Assembly (NCBI RefSeq): GCF_009914755.1
Contig: NC_060930.1
Direction: 5' to 3' (one strand)
DNA length: 64,000 nt
From: the human T2T-CHM13v2.0 reference genome, Homo sapiens
In this document: one piece after another, positions 12,731 through 26,915 of the stretch
Numbering within the stretch: the first letter of the stretch is position 1
How the letters are laid out: every line of letters begins with the position of its first letter
Notes under the pieces: model-generated
Seen by the model: only the letters and a program-made list of their open reading frames with translations
The model's database searches: none
What the model was told of the DNA's origin: nothing
Program-made: the position numbers and the translations under genes

Positions 12731-13862
12731 GTTTGTTTCCGAAACAATTCACAGTAGTGACAGGAAAGGAATAAAAGCACAATGTTCTTATATTACTGCC
12801 ATTTCACCTAGGAAAAGAGAGAAAATGTGAAAGGAGGATAATTAAAAAAAAAAGTTTCCCCAAACTTTTTAAAGTTACTGGAGAATGTTCACAATTTATA
12901 TAAAAATAGGATGATAATAATGTCAACACGTAATATCTGTGCCTAATAGATTTTCACTCCCCCAAGTTGCATTTTAATTTTCCTAAATTGGCTCATGACA
13001 TATTCTTATGTGGGATTCAACATTTAGCAACAAATAAGACTTCCCTCTCTCTTGGCACTTCTTACTCCTCCCTTTCCCCCACGCATCCATATCCCTGCTG
13101 CCTTCTCCTTCCCACAAAGCTCATTTTTGGCAAAGTGGTTTTTATAAACCACACATTTTAATGAATTAAGTGTAGTCCCACGATCACACTTACATTCTCC
13201 TACAGTCCCCTGACTTCCACACTCCTCCAGCTATGGGAATTTTCCCTCACACCTCCAGAAAGGAAAAAAATGAATTGAAAATTTTGTCTATAAGTAGAAA
13301 AGTTATGCACAGAATGTGATGGCTCTCCCACTTTTCTTTTTTTCTTTTTCTTTTTTTTTTTAATGCAAGAAGGAAGATGATTTTCAAACATTGCACGTCC
13401 TCTGAGAAACTAAAATATTCAGTGCTGTTTTTCTTTTGGCAGTAGCATAATTGGTTGTGATCATAAACCCACATAGTTCCTTTTATCCTTTTTAGTGGCA
13501 GCTTCATGGATTGTCTTCTACCCTGTCAAAGAAGAGAGTTGGGGTGTTTGACAGCAAAGAAATTTAGGAGAATTTCAGAGCAGAAAAGGACTTTGTACAT
13601 CATAGTTTCCAAACTTCTTATTTTACCGCTGTGGATACTGAGGTTCACAGGTGGTTTAACTTGCCGAAAGTCATGGGGTTAGCCAATAGCTTCTGCGAAA
13701 TTAAGCTATACCCAACTTTTACAGTTTGTATCACATGAAGTTTCAATCACACAATCTTCTTGGATCCTTGCAACAGCTGCATGATGGTACTAGAACCACC
13801 CTCTGCTAGTGAAGTGACATAAGAATGCTCATCAGAGTGCTAGGACTTAGAATTGCATCCCT

Positions 13863-14210
<348 letters not shown>

Positions 14211-14487
14211 CTAGCCTTTTTTTTTTTTTTTTTTTTTTTATGTTTTTGTGGTGTCACCAACAAAGCATTAGACGCTTGGCCAGGGTCTGGAGTTACCTAG
14301 ACAAAGGGCATAATCTATGCTCTCTAAGAGCACACAGTTTAGTGAGGGCAGATAAATAAACAGGTGATTCCAGCCCAGTATGATCAATGCTTCTATCTTT
14401 TGCACTTGGCATGCAATCATTTCAGAAGCAATGGTTGCATTTCCCAAGAAAAAAAACAACAACAAAATAACTAACAGCAGTGGTGGT

Positions 14488-14514
14488 AGCAGCAGCAGCA
14501 GCAGCAGCAGCAGC
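14488..14514 (+). repeat. (AGC)9 / CAG trinucleotide repeat
   Basis: Nine uninterrupted AGC units. Confidence 0.95.
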
Positions 14515-15416
14515 CGATTGCTGACTCATCAAACGAGGAGGCACCAACAGCTTTGCCTCCCAACTAAGGAACATCTTACTCAATCTCCTTCCCACCCCCC
14601 ATCACCACCTGTAGGCTTGGAACCAATAAAGGCTTTGGAAATGAAAGATAATGTGCTAATAGGATGTTAAAACAAAACCACTCTCACCACCCACCACCAG
14701 AGGTAGTTTGTGTAAAGGCGTTATTCCCGAGCCTCGTGCTTCATTTCATGACTCCAACTTGTGGCACTTTGCTAGGTTTGCAAGTGTTGCTTATCCAGAG
14801 AGCTCAGAGATTGTTTTTGGCAAAGGACTCAAAGCAGGCAGATCCAACCCCTCTCGCTGTCTCTTTCTTGTTGCCAAAACATAAGACTCTTAGTTTTATG
14901 GAAAAGTCGTGTGAATTTTGCTTCCAAGGAATAACCTGAGATTACAGTTAAAATTAAGTAGTAGAGGAAGATTGGGAATTAGAAAAACTAAGATCTGGTC
15001 CTGAAAATTAATACTGTGTATACCATACCGTTAATGCTGTGTATTAATTTTAACTCTTGAACAAGGCTATTCACCTCTTGGTTTTAGTTTTTCCATCTTT
15101 GAAATAAGAAGAGTGAACTAAATATTTTCTAAAGTCTCCAACAATTCTGGCATGTATGCATTCAAAATTTTGTTATTTAATTTTAGAGAATATTTATTGA
15201 GTTCAGTTACCATTAGTTATGTGCCAATCACTGTGGTACACACTGGTGAAAAGAGGTGAAAGGCCCAGCTGCCTTTCATATGGCTGAGAGACGAGCTAGG
15301 GAGTGGAGCAGTTAAAATTTAGCAGGAGGCGTGGGTTTGAAGAGGTGTGCACAGGAAGCTGTGGGGCACAGAAAAAGGGCACTGGGCACCTCCAGATTTA
15401 CTAGATCTTTCTCCAC

Positions 15417-15972
15417 TGATAGGAATCAGAACTTGCCACTCTAAAACAGGCAACTTTAGCATATTGATTATTTTGAGCTGAATGAACAGCAGCTGTAGGA
15501 AAGGCTCTCTGATCTCTCCCTTTCTACCCAAAAGCTGGCACAGACTTCCTACAAGAAAAGTGCCTTCCTTTCCCTTACCAGGGAGAAGAGAACATTCCTA
15601 TTACTGAAGACAGAGAGTCAATGTCAAGATGAATCTGTACAAACAAACCTACGAAAACAACCTTTATCTTCCACTAGTTTCTCCAATATTTCCTAGTCAC
15701 TTTCCCACAATTTGCTGCCCCAGCCCCAACTCCTTTCGCTCCACAGTTGATCTTTCACATCTCCACAGTTGATCATTCTTTGTTGAAATGGTATATACCC
15801 TCTCGGGCCTTTTCATTTCTTTTTTCTGTGAAGTCTCCTATGCCATGCAAAAATATTAACATCAAATAAAATGTCTATGCTTTTCTCCTGTTTCTCTGTC
15901 TTTTGTCAGTTTAATTCTCAGGCCCAGCTGCAGAACCTAAGAGGGTAGAGGAAAAAGCTTTCCTCCCTTACA
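15417..15972 (+). mobile_element. ERV1 solo LTR, MER34-family-like
   Basis: TG...CA termini, CATATTGATTATTTTGAGCTGAA and GAACCTAAGAGGGTAGAGGAAAA...CCCTTACA; TSD CCAC (15413-15416 and 15973-15976). Confidence 0.8.
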
Positions 15973-16378
15973 CCACCTTTGCTCTTCCCTGGGAGATTGG
16001 TCTACATGGACCACGTCAACAAGACTCCTGGGCCGTCTGGTTTCTTGTTGGCTTCAACTGACAGGCAGCACTTTAGGAGACTGGGGCAGAGAGGAGAGGC
16101 AGCTCTGGAGTATTTCTTTCTCTCCTTGGGAAGATGACTCCATCAAATATCACTGCTCATCCCAAACTCACCTACTGTCTCCCTTACCTTCTCCCTTACG
16201 ACCTACAGATAATGAGAGCTCCACTGCTGCTGCTAGTCCAAAGTTTCTGTACCAGTTCCTGTAGTTTCACTTAACTACACCCACAACTTTATAATTAGTT
16301 GCTTGTAAATAAACTTTCCTCATATTTAGATTGATCAGAGGGTGTCATCTGTTTTCTGTTGGGACCCTGGATGATGTA
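15973..16378 (+). mobile_element. ERVL LTR33-like LTR (3' part; its 5' end lies just upstream of 15417)
   Basis: CTACATGGACCACGTCAACA...CCCACAACTTT...TAAACTTTCCTC...GTGTCATCTGTTTTCTGTTGGGACCCTG. Confidence 0.55.
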
Positions 16379-17081
16379 GGCATGAAAACCACTTTTGAGG
16401 TGTGTGTATATTGGAGGTAGTGAAGGAGCAGTTAGTTAAAAGGAAAGAAAGGGCAGGAGAATGGGGAAAGCGTCCCAAAGGAAAACAGAGCTAAGTCTTA
16501 AAAGATGTCTTGAAAAGACACAATGTCTTGAAAGAAATAATGAGAAGGGAGAAATAATTTCAGAGAGAAACATGTGGAGGCTCAGAGACTTGAAAATGTC
16601 CTGGGGAAGGTGCAAATGATCAAGGTGACTGCAGGGAAGGACTGGTAGGTAGGAGGATGGTAAGCGATGAGGTTGGAGGGGAGGCGAGGGAGAGATCATG
16701 AAGGACTCTGTATGTTCTGTGAATGCGTTTGGGTTCTATCCTGAAGACAATGGGAAATTACTGAAAGATTTTTAAGCAGAAAAGTAACATAATCTGGTTG
16801 GAATTTCAAAAGATTCCTCTGGTATGTAGTGTGGGAGAAAGCAGGACTAGAAGCAGGGAGATTGTTTGGCATGTTCCTTCAATGATCAACACAAGAGTCA
16901 GTGACAATATGAAATTTGGCAGTGGTGGTGGGGCAGCAGGAAGTATATGTGAGAACTATTGAGGAATTTGGTGAGGAATTGGGTCCGGTAGTAAGTCTGA
17001 GATGATGCCCAGATGTTTGGGTTGGGCCAGTTAAAAGATGGTGGAATCATTCACAAACAGACGGGATCCTAAAGGGGGAAC

Positions 17082-17501
17082 TGTATTAATCTGTTCTCGC
17101 ATTGCTATAAAGAAATACCTGAAACTGGGTAATTTATAAAGAAAAGAGGTTTAACTGGCTTACAGTTCCACAGGCTCTACAGGAAGCATAGTGGCATCTG
17201 CTTCTGGGGAGGCTTCAGGAAACTTACAATCATGGTAGAAGGCAAAAGGGGAGCCAATACTACACGGCCAGAGCAGGAGAAAGAGAGAAAGAGGGAAGAG
17301 GTGCTACACACTTTTAAACAACCAGATCTCATGATAACTCACTCACCCACTATTATGAAAACAGCACTGAGGGGATGGTTTAACCTATCCATGAGAACTA
17401 CACCCCCTTGATCCAATCACCTCCCATCAGGCTCTATCTCCAACACTGAGGGTTAGAAGTCAACATGAGATTTGATGGGGACACAGATTCAAACCATATC
17501 A
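17082..17501 (-). mobile_element. MaLR LTR, MSTA/MSTB-like
   Basis: TGTATTAATCTGTTCTCGCATTGCTATAAAGAAATACCTG...GGGGACACAGATTCAAACCATATCA. Confidence 0.9.
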
Positions 17502-19023
17502 AGAGCCAAACTCAATTAACTCCTCATTCGTTTTTTCCCAGTACCCTCAGGAACGTCCCCTGATCACTGGCTTTTTTTCAACATTCAGCTTGCATATTGC
17601 CCTTCAGTGGCCTCTGCTATTACGACCCAGCCAGTGGGGGGCCATATCAGTTCCTTCCTCACATTTAAAAACTACTGAGTGAATACATGCACAGTTCCAG
17701 GCACAGAGTTAAACATTGAATAGAGGTTACTATGAAAACCAATGTGTAAACTCAGTCCAAAATAAGTATGGTTATAAAACGTCTTTGCTCATTCAATAAA
17801 TCCTTTTTGAGTGCCTACTTTGTGCCTTTTGTTGTTTATTCCTTATGTGGGCAACTGTCAAAAAGCTGTGAGAAAGGGCTTATGCTATTTAAATAATTTC
17901 TTCTCTCTCTTTGTATTCTTCTCCATTTCTCCTTTTGTTCTCCCCCCTTTCTCCTCCTCTTCCTCCTCCTTCATTTCCTTCGGCTTTCTTTTTCCTATAT
18001 GCATACAGTTTTTGTGTCCGGGAGAAAAAAGGTCTAGAGAGCTAGATTTTTAGAGAGCATTAAAAAAAACTTGCCTGAATTATTGATTCATAGCTTTATA
18101 ATGCACCCAGTATAGTAAGGACATTTATAGATTTCATGAGCTGTTTAATATCTATTTGTGGAGTACCACCATGTGCAATCATCTTGGACTCATTATGTTT
18201 CTTTGGCTGCCCAGTGAGTCATAACGAGCCTCTGAAAAAATGTAGAATAATGGTTTAGAACTAGAGGGAATGAAATAACAGTCAAAGTCAAATATGAAAT
18301 TATTAGTACATGTAGTCTGTAAGAGCAATCAAGACAAGGAAGGGATAGAGGGCCTATTATTACATGCACATGTGTGCACACACATGTGCATGCACAAACT
18401 TTAAAGGGTTTTCAGTAAAGGGGGAGGTAGCTGGGGAGCCCTATGAAGAAGATTCTTAAAAGTGAAGGGTTGCAGCTCTATTTTTCCATTAAGATTCAAG
18501 CACGTGGGGGTAGGGAGCTCAAATTATGGGGAGGAAATAGAAAAGCCAATGGAGGCCCTTCTGAGAAGAGGGAGCCCTGTACTGAGAGGATGAAAGAGAC
18601 TTTATTCTCCAGCAGTTAAAATGAAGAGGAAGAGATCATTTCTAAACAGGGCACAAGAAATGGCTTCATTTCTCCCTATTAACCTCTGTTCCCCTAAAGA
18701 AAGCCAGTTGAAGCAAGCAGGACAAAAGAATTCTATGTAAGCCTAGTGAAGAATACCTTCTATGATGGGAGCCATATTTTGAAAAAATATTAATGTAATT
18801 TTCTCTTTCAATTGTGCAAGTATAGATCTTTATTTCTAATTGGTTCCAAGGTCATCAGCCCAGAGGTCTGTGGGTGTGTTCTATGGTGTGCAAAGGGAAA
18901 AAAAGAGGATATTCAGCATTTGATATTTAAAACAGGATTTCAAGCAAGATAATAGTCTTGAAAGAAGACTTTTTTTTTCTTCCTGAGACCCATCTGAATT
19001 GCTTTATCTCCTCCTTTGGCCTA

Positions 19024-19916
19024 TGTACTGAATTCTTATCATTTTATGTTATCTTTGCATCCATTTTGAATATAAATTGGACTTTCTCATACAGAAGCAG
19101 GGCTTTATCTTCTTCGACACAGTTTCCAGTTTTCTGCCTCCTCCCAGTTCCTCAAGCTGGTTAATCCAGACATCTGCCCTATACAACTCCTTTCCCCTGG
19201 CAACCACCTCCCTAGGGAACAGTTAGACACAGCCTACTTGACTTGCCTCACTGACCCCCACACCCCATGTGGACTGCACAGATGTGCACCAGTGACCACT
19301 TCTCAGTCACAGCACAACTCCATGGAATTCGTGTCTGCTTGCTCTGAACTCACCAGTTAGAACTCCCCCAGGGAAACCTGCTTAGATAATGCTCTGGACC
19401 CCAATAAAGGCTTTGACCCACAGGTTTTTCTCCCTTCCTTGCTCTCTGCCCACTGAGTGAGCACATATGTCCCTGAAGGTTCCTCTGTTCTGCTGGTCCT
19501 GCAAAACGTGCTGCCCTCCTTTCTCTGGGATCTGTAAGTAATAAACTGCTTCTGGTATTTCATGTGTTTTGTGGAGTTGCCTCCTCTGTGTCTCTCCTGA
19601 CCAACACACGTGAACCTAACTTCTTTCCAAATCATGGTTCTCCTATAGAATGGCTATCTTGGCAGGAGTAAACTGGACACAGTCCAGATAAAAGCCACAA
19701 GGGCATCTGATAGTATAAACAAATTTTCTGTGAGAGGGGCACCTGGTCACAGGTTGAACACTTAGGCATGAGGCTGTCCACCAAGATAAAGAAGCACCCC
19801 AAGAAAGGCACACTGTAAACATCTACAGGAAAATCCCTGGAGCCCTGTCAAGTCAGCACTAGAGTTTATATTCACTGTCCGGAGAGAGACCTCAAGAACA
19901 AATTAGAAATACAACA
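19024..19916 (+). mobile_element. ERVL solo LTR, MER54A-like
   Basis: TG...CA termini with 5-bp TSD GCCTA (19019-19023 and 19917-19921). Internal GCATCCATTTTGAATATAA...GACCCCAATAAAGGC...GAGACCTCAAG. Confidence 0.8.
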
Positions 19917-20249
19917 GCCTATTCAGCACCAACAAGAATCACCCAGATCTACAAGTTTCCCTGCAGGGTAGAAAAGTTATTCTTTTGGAGACAACAGGTA
20001 GGCCATGAAGCTTGCTGGTCCATGGGAAGAGGAGATACCACAGAGGAAGACAGGCAAGCCCTACTCTTCCTGTCCCAGGAGATGATGAGAGGAAAAATGA
20101 AGAGAGAGTGAAGGGGAGGGGGCTGATTTAGGACTATCCCAAAGGAGTTAATGCAAACACCAAGGAGGCACTGAGACAAAATAGAGGAGCATTGTCAAGG
20201 GGATGGATTGGGGTTGGGGAGAAATTTGCCCTTCTGGAAGACTCCATCA

Positions 20250-21135
<886 letters not shown>

Positions 21136-21794
21136 GTAGAGAAGCTTAGAATAGAGTCAGTTGGTCTAACATGAGGGCCTCTATGGCAGGAAATAGATTG
21201 TCTAGGCTGGAGAATTGAATGAGGAATCAGAGTGTGTTACAAATGGCTATTGCTGAGGGAAGATAAAGTCACCCAGAGAGAGCTGTCAGGCCTGACCAAG
21301 TGAGAGGAACCAGAACAAGTATTATCCTGGCTGTGAGCTTGAGCTATGAACTCCAGTGGGGTAAGTGGCAAGCGAGAGACTCCAGGAACCAGACCCTGGA
21401 CCTTGACCTGTCTATTCTTCCTTCTGTAAGAAGACACGTAAGTCACATCCCTTCCCCTATATACCAAGAAACTATCTGGGAGAGGAGCTGCAGAGAAAAG
21501 TAGAAGTGTGAAAAATTGGAGTGATTGGGCATTTTTACTTAAAGATGTGGGGTATCCATTAAAGGGGCTGTTTAAATGACTGCATCATCAGCTTTGCTGT
21601 TACTTCCCCACTAACCAGCTCACCCATAAAAGCATATCAGTTATGGGAAAAATATTAAAACCATATTTTCTCTGCATGTTGAAGTTGTAGTTAAGCAAAT
21701 TTTGTAATTCCATAAGAACTGAAACTAATGTATTTTCTTGTTCCTTAGCTAAACAACTCTGGGATAAAGAATAGGCTTTTAGTTGAACAATGCT

Positions 21795-22200
21795 GAGATC
21801 AGGCAAAAACAACTCAGCTACTTGCTCCAGTGGATACCCGCTCCTGGAAAATAAGACTGTGGAGCTACTGAAACAGCTGACTTATCAGGACTAACGGGTC
21901 ACTCATCAAAGCTCACTTTCATATTCTCACCTTGTGGTGCCTACCAGTCCAAAGCTATTGTGCCATAAATTCTGCCCAATCCCAACCAGTTCCCTGCCTT
22001 TGAAGACCCACCTAAGAATCACCCAGCCTAGGCCCTAAAACCCTAAATAATCCTCCCCTGACTTCTCTCTTCTGAGATGCTACTGGATTCTGTATCTAGA
22101 TCAAGCTGATGTTCTCTCTTATTGCAATAAGTCTATTAAAAACCCAGCTTTGCTTAACCAACACTTTTTCTTTTCTGGTGGTCTTTTTGGACACTCCATA
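21795..22200 (+). mobile_element. Old ERV1 LTR (MER110/MER89-like)
   Basis: CTGCCCAATCCCAACCAGTTCCC...TCTGAGATGCTACT...TTATTGCAATAAGTC...CAGCTTTGCTT...CTGGTGGTCTTT. Confidence 0.5.
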
Positions 22201-22632
22201 GCCAGTGCCATTATGCTTTAAATTGCATAGTCTGGCTATGGAATACTAGGGGAAAACAGCCACAGGCAACAAGTTAAGCTCATAGCTACAGGAAACAGAT
22301 GAATTCTTTCTGAGCAAAAGTAACTACAACCCAGAAGACCAAACGTTAGAAGTGTACATCCAGGAGAAGCTATAAACACCTATCCTAGTAACAAAGACAT
22401 AAGACATGTAGTTTCTATACACGGAGTAGACCAATCACACCACTTTTATTTTCAGTGATTTCCTGTACACACAAAGAGCATCAATTAAATTTAAGAAGAA
22501 AACAGTATACAAAAGAACATATAAAATATCTACATAAATGTATGCACAGATATGATGCATAGTTGGGACCATGCAAGTCCAGGGGTTCTTTTTCCATACC
22601 TTGTATTAAATTCACCCAGTATTTAGGGAAGA

Positions 22633-22994
22633 TGACATGGTTTGACTGTGTCCCCACCCAAATCTCATCTTGAATTACAGCTCCCATAACCCCCAAGTGT
22701 CATGGGGGGACCTCTTGGGAGGTAATTGAATAATGGGAGTGGGTTTTCCCATGCTGTTCTCATGATAGTGAATAAGTCTCATGAAATCTGATGGTTTTAT
22801 AAAGAGCAGTTCCTCCACACACACTCTCTTGCCTGCCACCATGTAAGACGTGCCTTTGCTCCTCTTTCACCTTCCACTATGATTGTGAGGCATCCCCAGC
22901 CATGTAGAACTCTGAGTCCATTAAACCTCATTTTCTTTATAAATTACCCAATCTTGGGTATTTCTTCATAGCAGTATGAAAATGGACTAACACA
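22633..22994 (+). mobile_element. THE1 (THE1C/D-like) solo LTR
   Basis: TGACATGGTTTGACTGTGTCCCCACCCAAATCTCATCTTGAATT...AATGGACTAACACA with 5-bp TSD GAAGA. Confidence 0.92.
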
Positions 22995-23956
22995 GAAGAA
23001 AAGGAAGGAGGAAGAGAAGGAGAAGAAGGCCCTGATTTTCCTAAGGCTCCTGTAGACCAGATTACTTCACGCTCTCCTTTTCAGAGCTCTCACATAGAAA
23101 AGCTAAAAGGACAGGCCCATGGATATGGAAAAAGCTGGACAAGCACGTACATCCAGTGATGCCTGCTTAATATGTTCACTTTGCACACCCTCTTAGCCCA
23201 GTCCCTTCCCATGGCCCCCAGGCTCATGCTTCATGTTGTCCACATAAGCATTTCTATTGTGTCTTGACACCAAGCATCAATTCCTCAGTTACCACAATTT
23301 GCAATTCTCATCCATGTCATCCTCAACACATAATGCTTTATTCCCTCTCCTTGGCTGTCAGTGAGAACTTGGAGGGCACTTGCTTCTATAGTTAACTCTC
23401 AGATGAGGGTTGGCTGAATCTTGGAAGCGGCTAGAACATTTGCTCAGTGCCGCCTCAGATGAGTTGTCATCTCCCTGCTCTGCTGTCAGTTCTGATTGCA
23501 CCGCCCTGGTTTCTTGGGCTGCCGCTGCCTCATGTCAGGCCCTCTGAAAGACCTCGTCCTGCAGCTGGTATCTCTTGCTTTCTCTGGACACGGTGTCTGC
23601 CCACCCGGGAGGCCCAGAGAAACTAAACCCTCCAGCGTGACTCAGCAGAAAAGAACTGGGTTGCTGTTGCTGGCCGACACCATCCTGTTTCTATTTTTCT
23701 CCTCATACAGCTGTGACTAGCCCAGAAAGTCACTTTCTGTCCCCAAACATCTGTTCTCCAAACATCTCTTTGCCTGTCAGTCCTCCCACCCTATAGATTT
23801 TCATATTTCATCACCGTAGTACCATCTTGTTACAGCAAAACTGGTTGAAAGGAGTAAGATTATATAAGATGGGGGACAAAAAGATTTCTCATAGGAAAAC
23901 AAATATGTAACTTTAAGTGCTTAAAAGTTAAAAACAAAAACAAAAACAAAAAACTT

Positions 23957-24067
23957 TTCTTTAGAGATGGGGTCTTGCTCTGTTGCCCAGGCTGGTTTTG
24001 AACTCCTGGGCTCAAATGATTCTCCCAAGTAACTGCGACTATAGGAATGAGCCACCACATCTGGCTC
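23957..24067 (-). mobile_element. Alu monomer (FLAM-like)
   Basis: AGAGATGGGGTCTTGCTCTGTTGCCCAGGCTGG...GAGCCACCACATCTGGC, single arm. Confidence 0.75.
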
Positions 24068-24351
24068 TAAGAAAGTTTTTTTGTTTGTTTGTTTTTTAAA
24101 GAAAATATTGCACTTATTTTGTGTAACTTCGTAGCACTGAAACAGTTGGTGGAAATTATAGAAATGCAACTCTTCACTATAACAAGGACGCTCTGGTGAT
24201 AGCTCTCGGTTATAGCAGCTAGACGTATTAAGTGAACAAACCTACCTGTAAAGTTCCTAGACTTCAGTGCAGAATATTTCTGTGTGTTCTCTTTGTGAAA
24301 GTCTGTTGAGCTTATGAACTACTTTTTTGTATGTATGTTATTTTTCAGTAA

Positions 24352-24725
<374 letters not shown>

Positions 24726-25769
24726 CCAAATGACATCTTATTTGGACAATCATAAGAGAGTCATACCCAGGACAGAAAGCTGGATAGCACCTCAGTTTCT
24801 TTAGACTTCATGATTCTGTTTTCTGTTTCTTCCTGAGATGGAGAATTAGCACAACATACAGGCTTCTGCTGCCAAAATCAACCCTTGAGAAACCATAGAA
24901 GCAAGAGGGAAAGATGAACTCCAGGAACTGACAACACTTGCAACAACACAAAACCTTGAGAGATCTCTGGAGTGACAGCAGCTTGTCTCATCTGGCATGA
25001 GGTGGGGGACGTAGTGGCTGCAGTGGGGGGCTGAGGGAAGAGGCCCAAAGCCGCCTTTGGAGAGGAGGTTGGAAGTAAGCTTTACAAATTCTGCTCTGGT
25101 GTCCCCACATCTGCTCCACCCAGGAGTTGCCTGAGGACCAGCCTTGACTGCCCCAGCACAGAAATGGCTACAGTGGCTCAGTGCTGGTGTCCTATTGTCT
25201 GAGGGTGTGGGGGTGAGGCAGCACTTATATCTGGCAGAAGAAAACCTGATGGAAGGGGGAGTTGATGAAAATAGAGGGTGCCTGAGCAGCTGCACTCAGG
25301 ATCTCCCTAACCTTCACTCTTAGCCCCCAGGCTGGTGGGTGGCCACCTTGGAGACGGCCTCCTACATGTGCTGAATCATTCTAAGGGTTTCAAGTTAAAC
25401 CTCCCCACAGAGGTTTCTGGTGAGTGATGGACAGTGTCTTGGGTGGTGGGGCTCCCACCCTGCCCTGGGGCTTATGCCCTGCCACTCCTGTGGCCCTCTG
25501 GAATGTGCAGCACTGGAACCCCTCAGTGGTATTCCGGGGGACTGCAAGTTCACCTGGGCACAACCATGTTCCTGCTGAGTACTCCTGCTGAAAAGGGCCA
25601 CAAACTGTGCAGAAGTGTTGCAAGAGTTGGGATTCAAATGGATTCTGGTTAATATGAGTGAAGAAATAAGGGAAGGTAATATCAATATAAAATACAGGGA
25701 AGAAATTGTAAGAATAAAGAACTGGAAGCACTAGTTCTGAAAATAATGTGAATTCAACTATGCTGCTCT

Positions 25770-25950
25770 CCCCTGTGCTCTGTGAACATTGCTCATTTAC
25801 ATACTCACTAGAATAAGACAGGTGCTATTATTAAGCCCATTTTGCAGATGAGGGAAGTAAGGCACAGAAACGTTAAGTAACTTGTCTGCAATTATAGGCA
25901 GAGCTGGGATTTGAACACAAGTAATCTATCTCTGTGTCCAGCCCTTAGCC
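25770..25950 (-). mobile_element. MIR
   Basis: CCCATTTTGCAGATGAGGGAAGTAAGGCACAGAAACGTTAAGTAACTTG...GAGCTGGGATTTGAAC. Confidence 0.8.
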
Positions 25951-25987
25951 ATTCCACCGGGTCTCACACTTGATTAAGGATCTCAAT

Positions 25988-26123
25988 GGCAGGCATGGTG
26001 GTGCACACCTGTAATCCCAGCTACCTAGGGGTCTCAGACAGAATGATCCCTTGAGCCCAAGAGTTTGAGTCTAGCCTGGGCAACACAGCAAGACCCTGAC
26101 TCTAAAACAAAACAAAACAAAAC
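25988..26123 (+). mobile_element. Alu monomer/fragment with (AAAAC)n tail
   Basis: GGCAGGCATGGTGGTGCACACCTGTAATCCCAGCTAC...CCTGGGCAACACAGCAAGACCC. Confidence 0.75.
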
Positions 26124-26696
26124 ACAGCAATGAATGGGGAAAATGGTAGAGTGAGTATAGCTAAAGGAACTTATGGGTTGCAATATTAGACTAAGGAGCT
26201 TTTCTAGAAAGCATGAGGAATGTATGAAGTAACAGAAAACGAAAAGAAAAGGTAAGAAATATGGAGAATAAAGTAGAAGTGCCAATATTCAGATTATCAG
26301 ACCTAGAAAGAGAGAAGGATTAGAAAATAGGAGGCTCTATGATTCTAAACCAAATTGCTCAAGGAATGTTTTTACCTCACTCCTGAACTGACAACAGGGG
26401 TGGGTTTCAGCACCTTCAATATCTATCTTTCCCATTCCTGCCAGTGGTGAGGAATTTGTCAACGAAATCAGGAAATCTGAATTCACCATCCCTGCTGGCT
26501 TTCCCTGAAGGAGGCCATTCTGTCCAGGTGAATAGCCAGTTACAGCATTTGGGGGTTTTTGCAGACAGAGTAACAGGGTGTAGAAATCAGAGGCACATAA
26601 AGGTTTGGGGAACGGGGCGGCAAACTGGTCTCCAGGATATTGTTAGCTATATGGAAACATGGACAGAACCAATGGGAAAGGGTGTTCTTTTAGATC

Positions 26697-26915
26697 TTTC
26701 AGTCAGAAAACTACAGCCAATGAGCCAGATCCAGTAGCCGCCTGTGTTTGTAAACCATCTTTTATTGGAACACAAGACACGCCCGTTCGTTTATTTATTG
26801 TCTGTGGTTGTTTTTGCCCTACGATGGCAGAGTCAAGTAGACAGAGACTGGATGGCCCACAAAGAGTACAAATTATTTACTATCTGGCCCTTTACAGAAA
26901 ACGTTTGCTGACCTC
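26697..26915. mobile_element. MER58A (hAT-Charlie)
   Basis: TTTTATTGGAACAC...TTTACTATCTGGCCCTTTACAGAAAACGTTTGCTGACC. Confidence 0.8.

Larger units (their letters stand above)
15160..17075 (-). mobile_element. L2 relic interrupted by LTR33-like and MER34-like LTRs
   Basis: TATTTATTGAG...TATGTGCCA at ~15190 and GGGTTCTATCCTGAAGACAATGGGAAATTACTGAAAGATTTTTAAGCAG at ~16730 are typical antisense L2. Confidence 0.65.

Noticed and set aside
24846-25295. 149-aa minus-strand ORF
   Set aside because: GTG start and random-like composition; consistent with chance.
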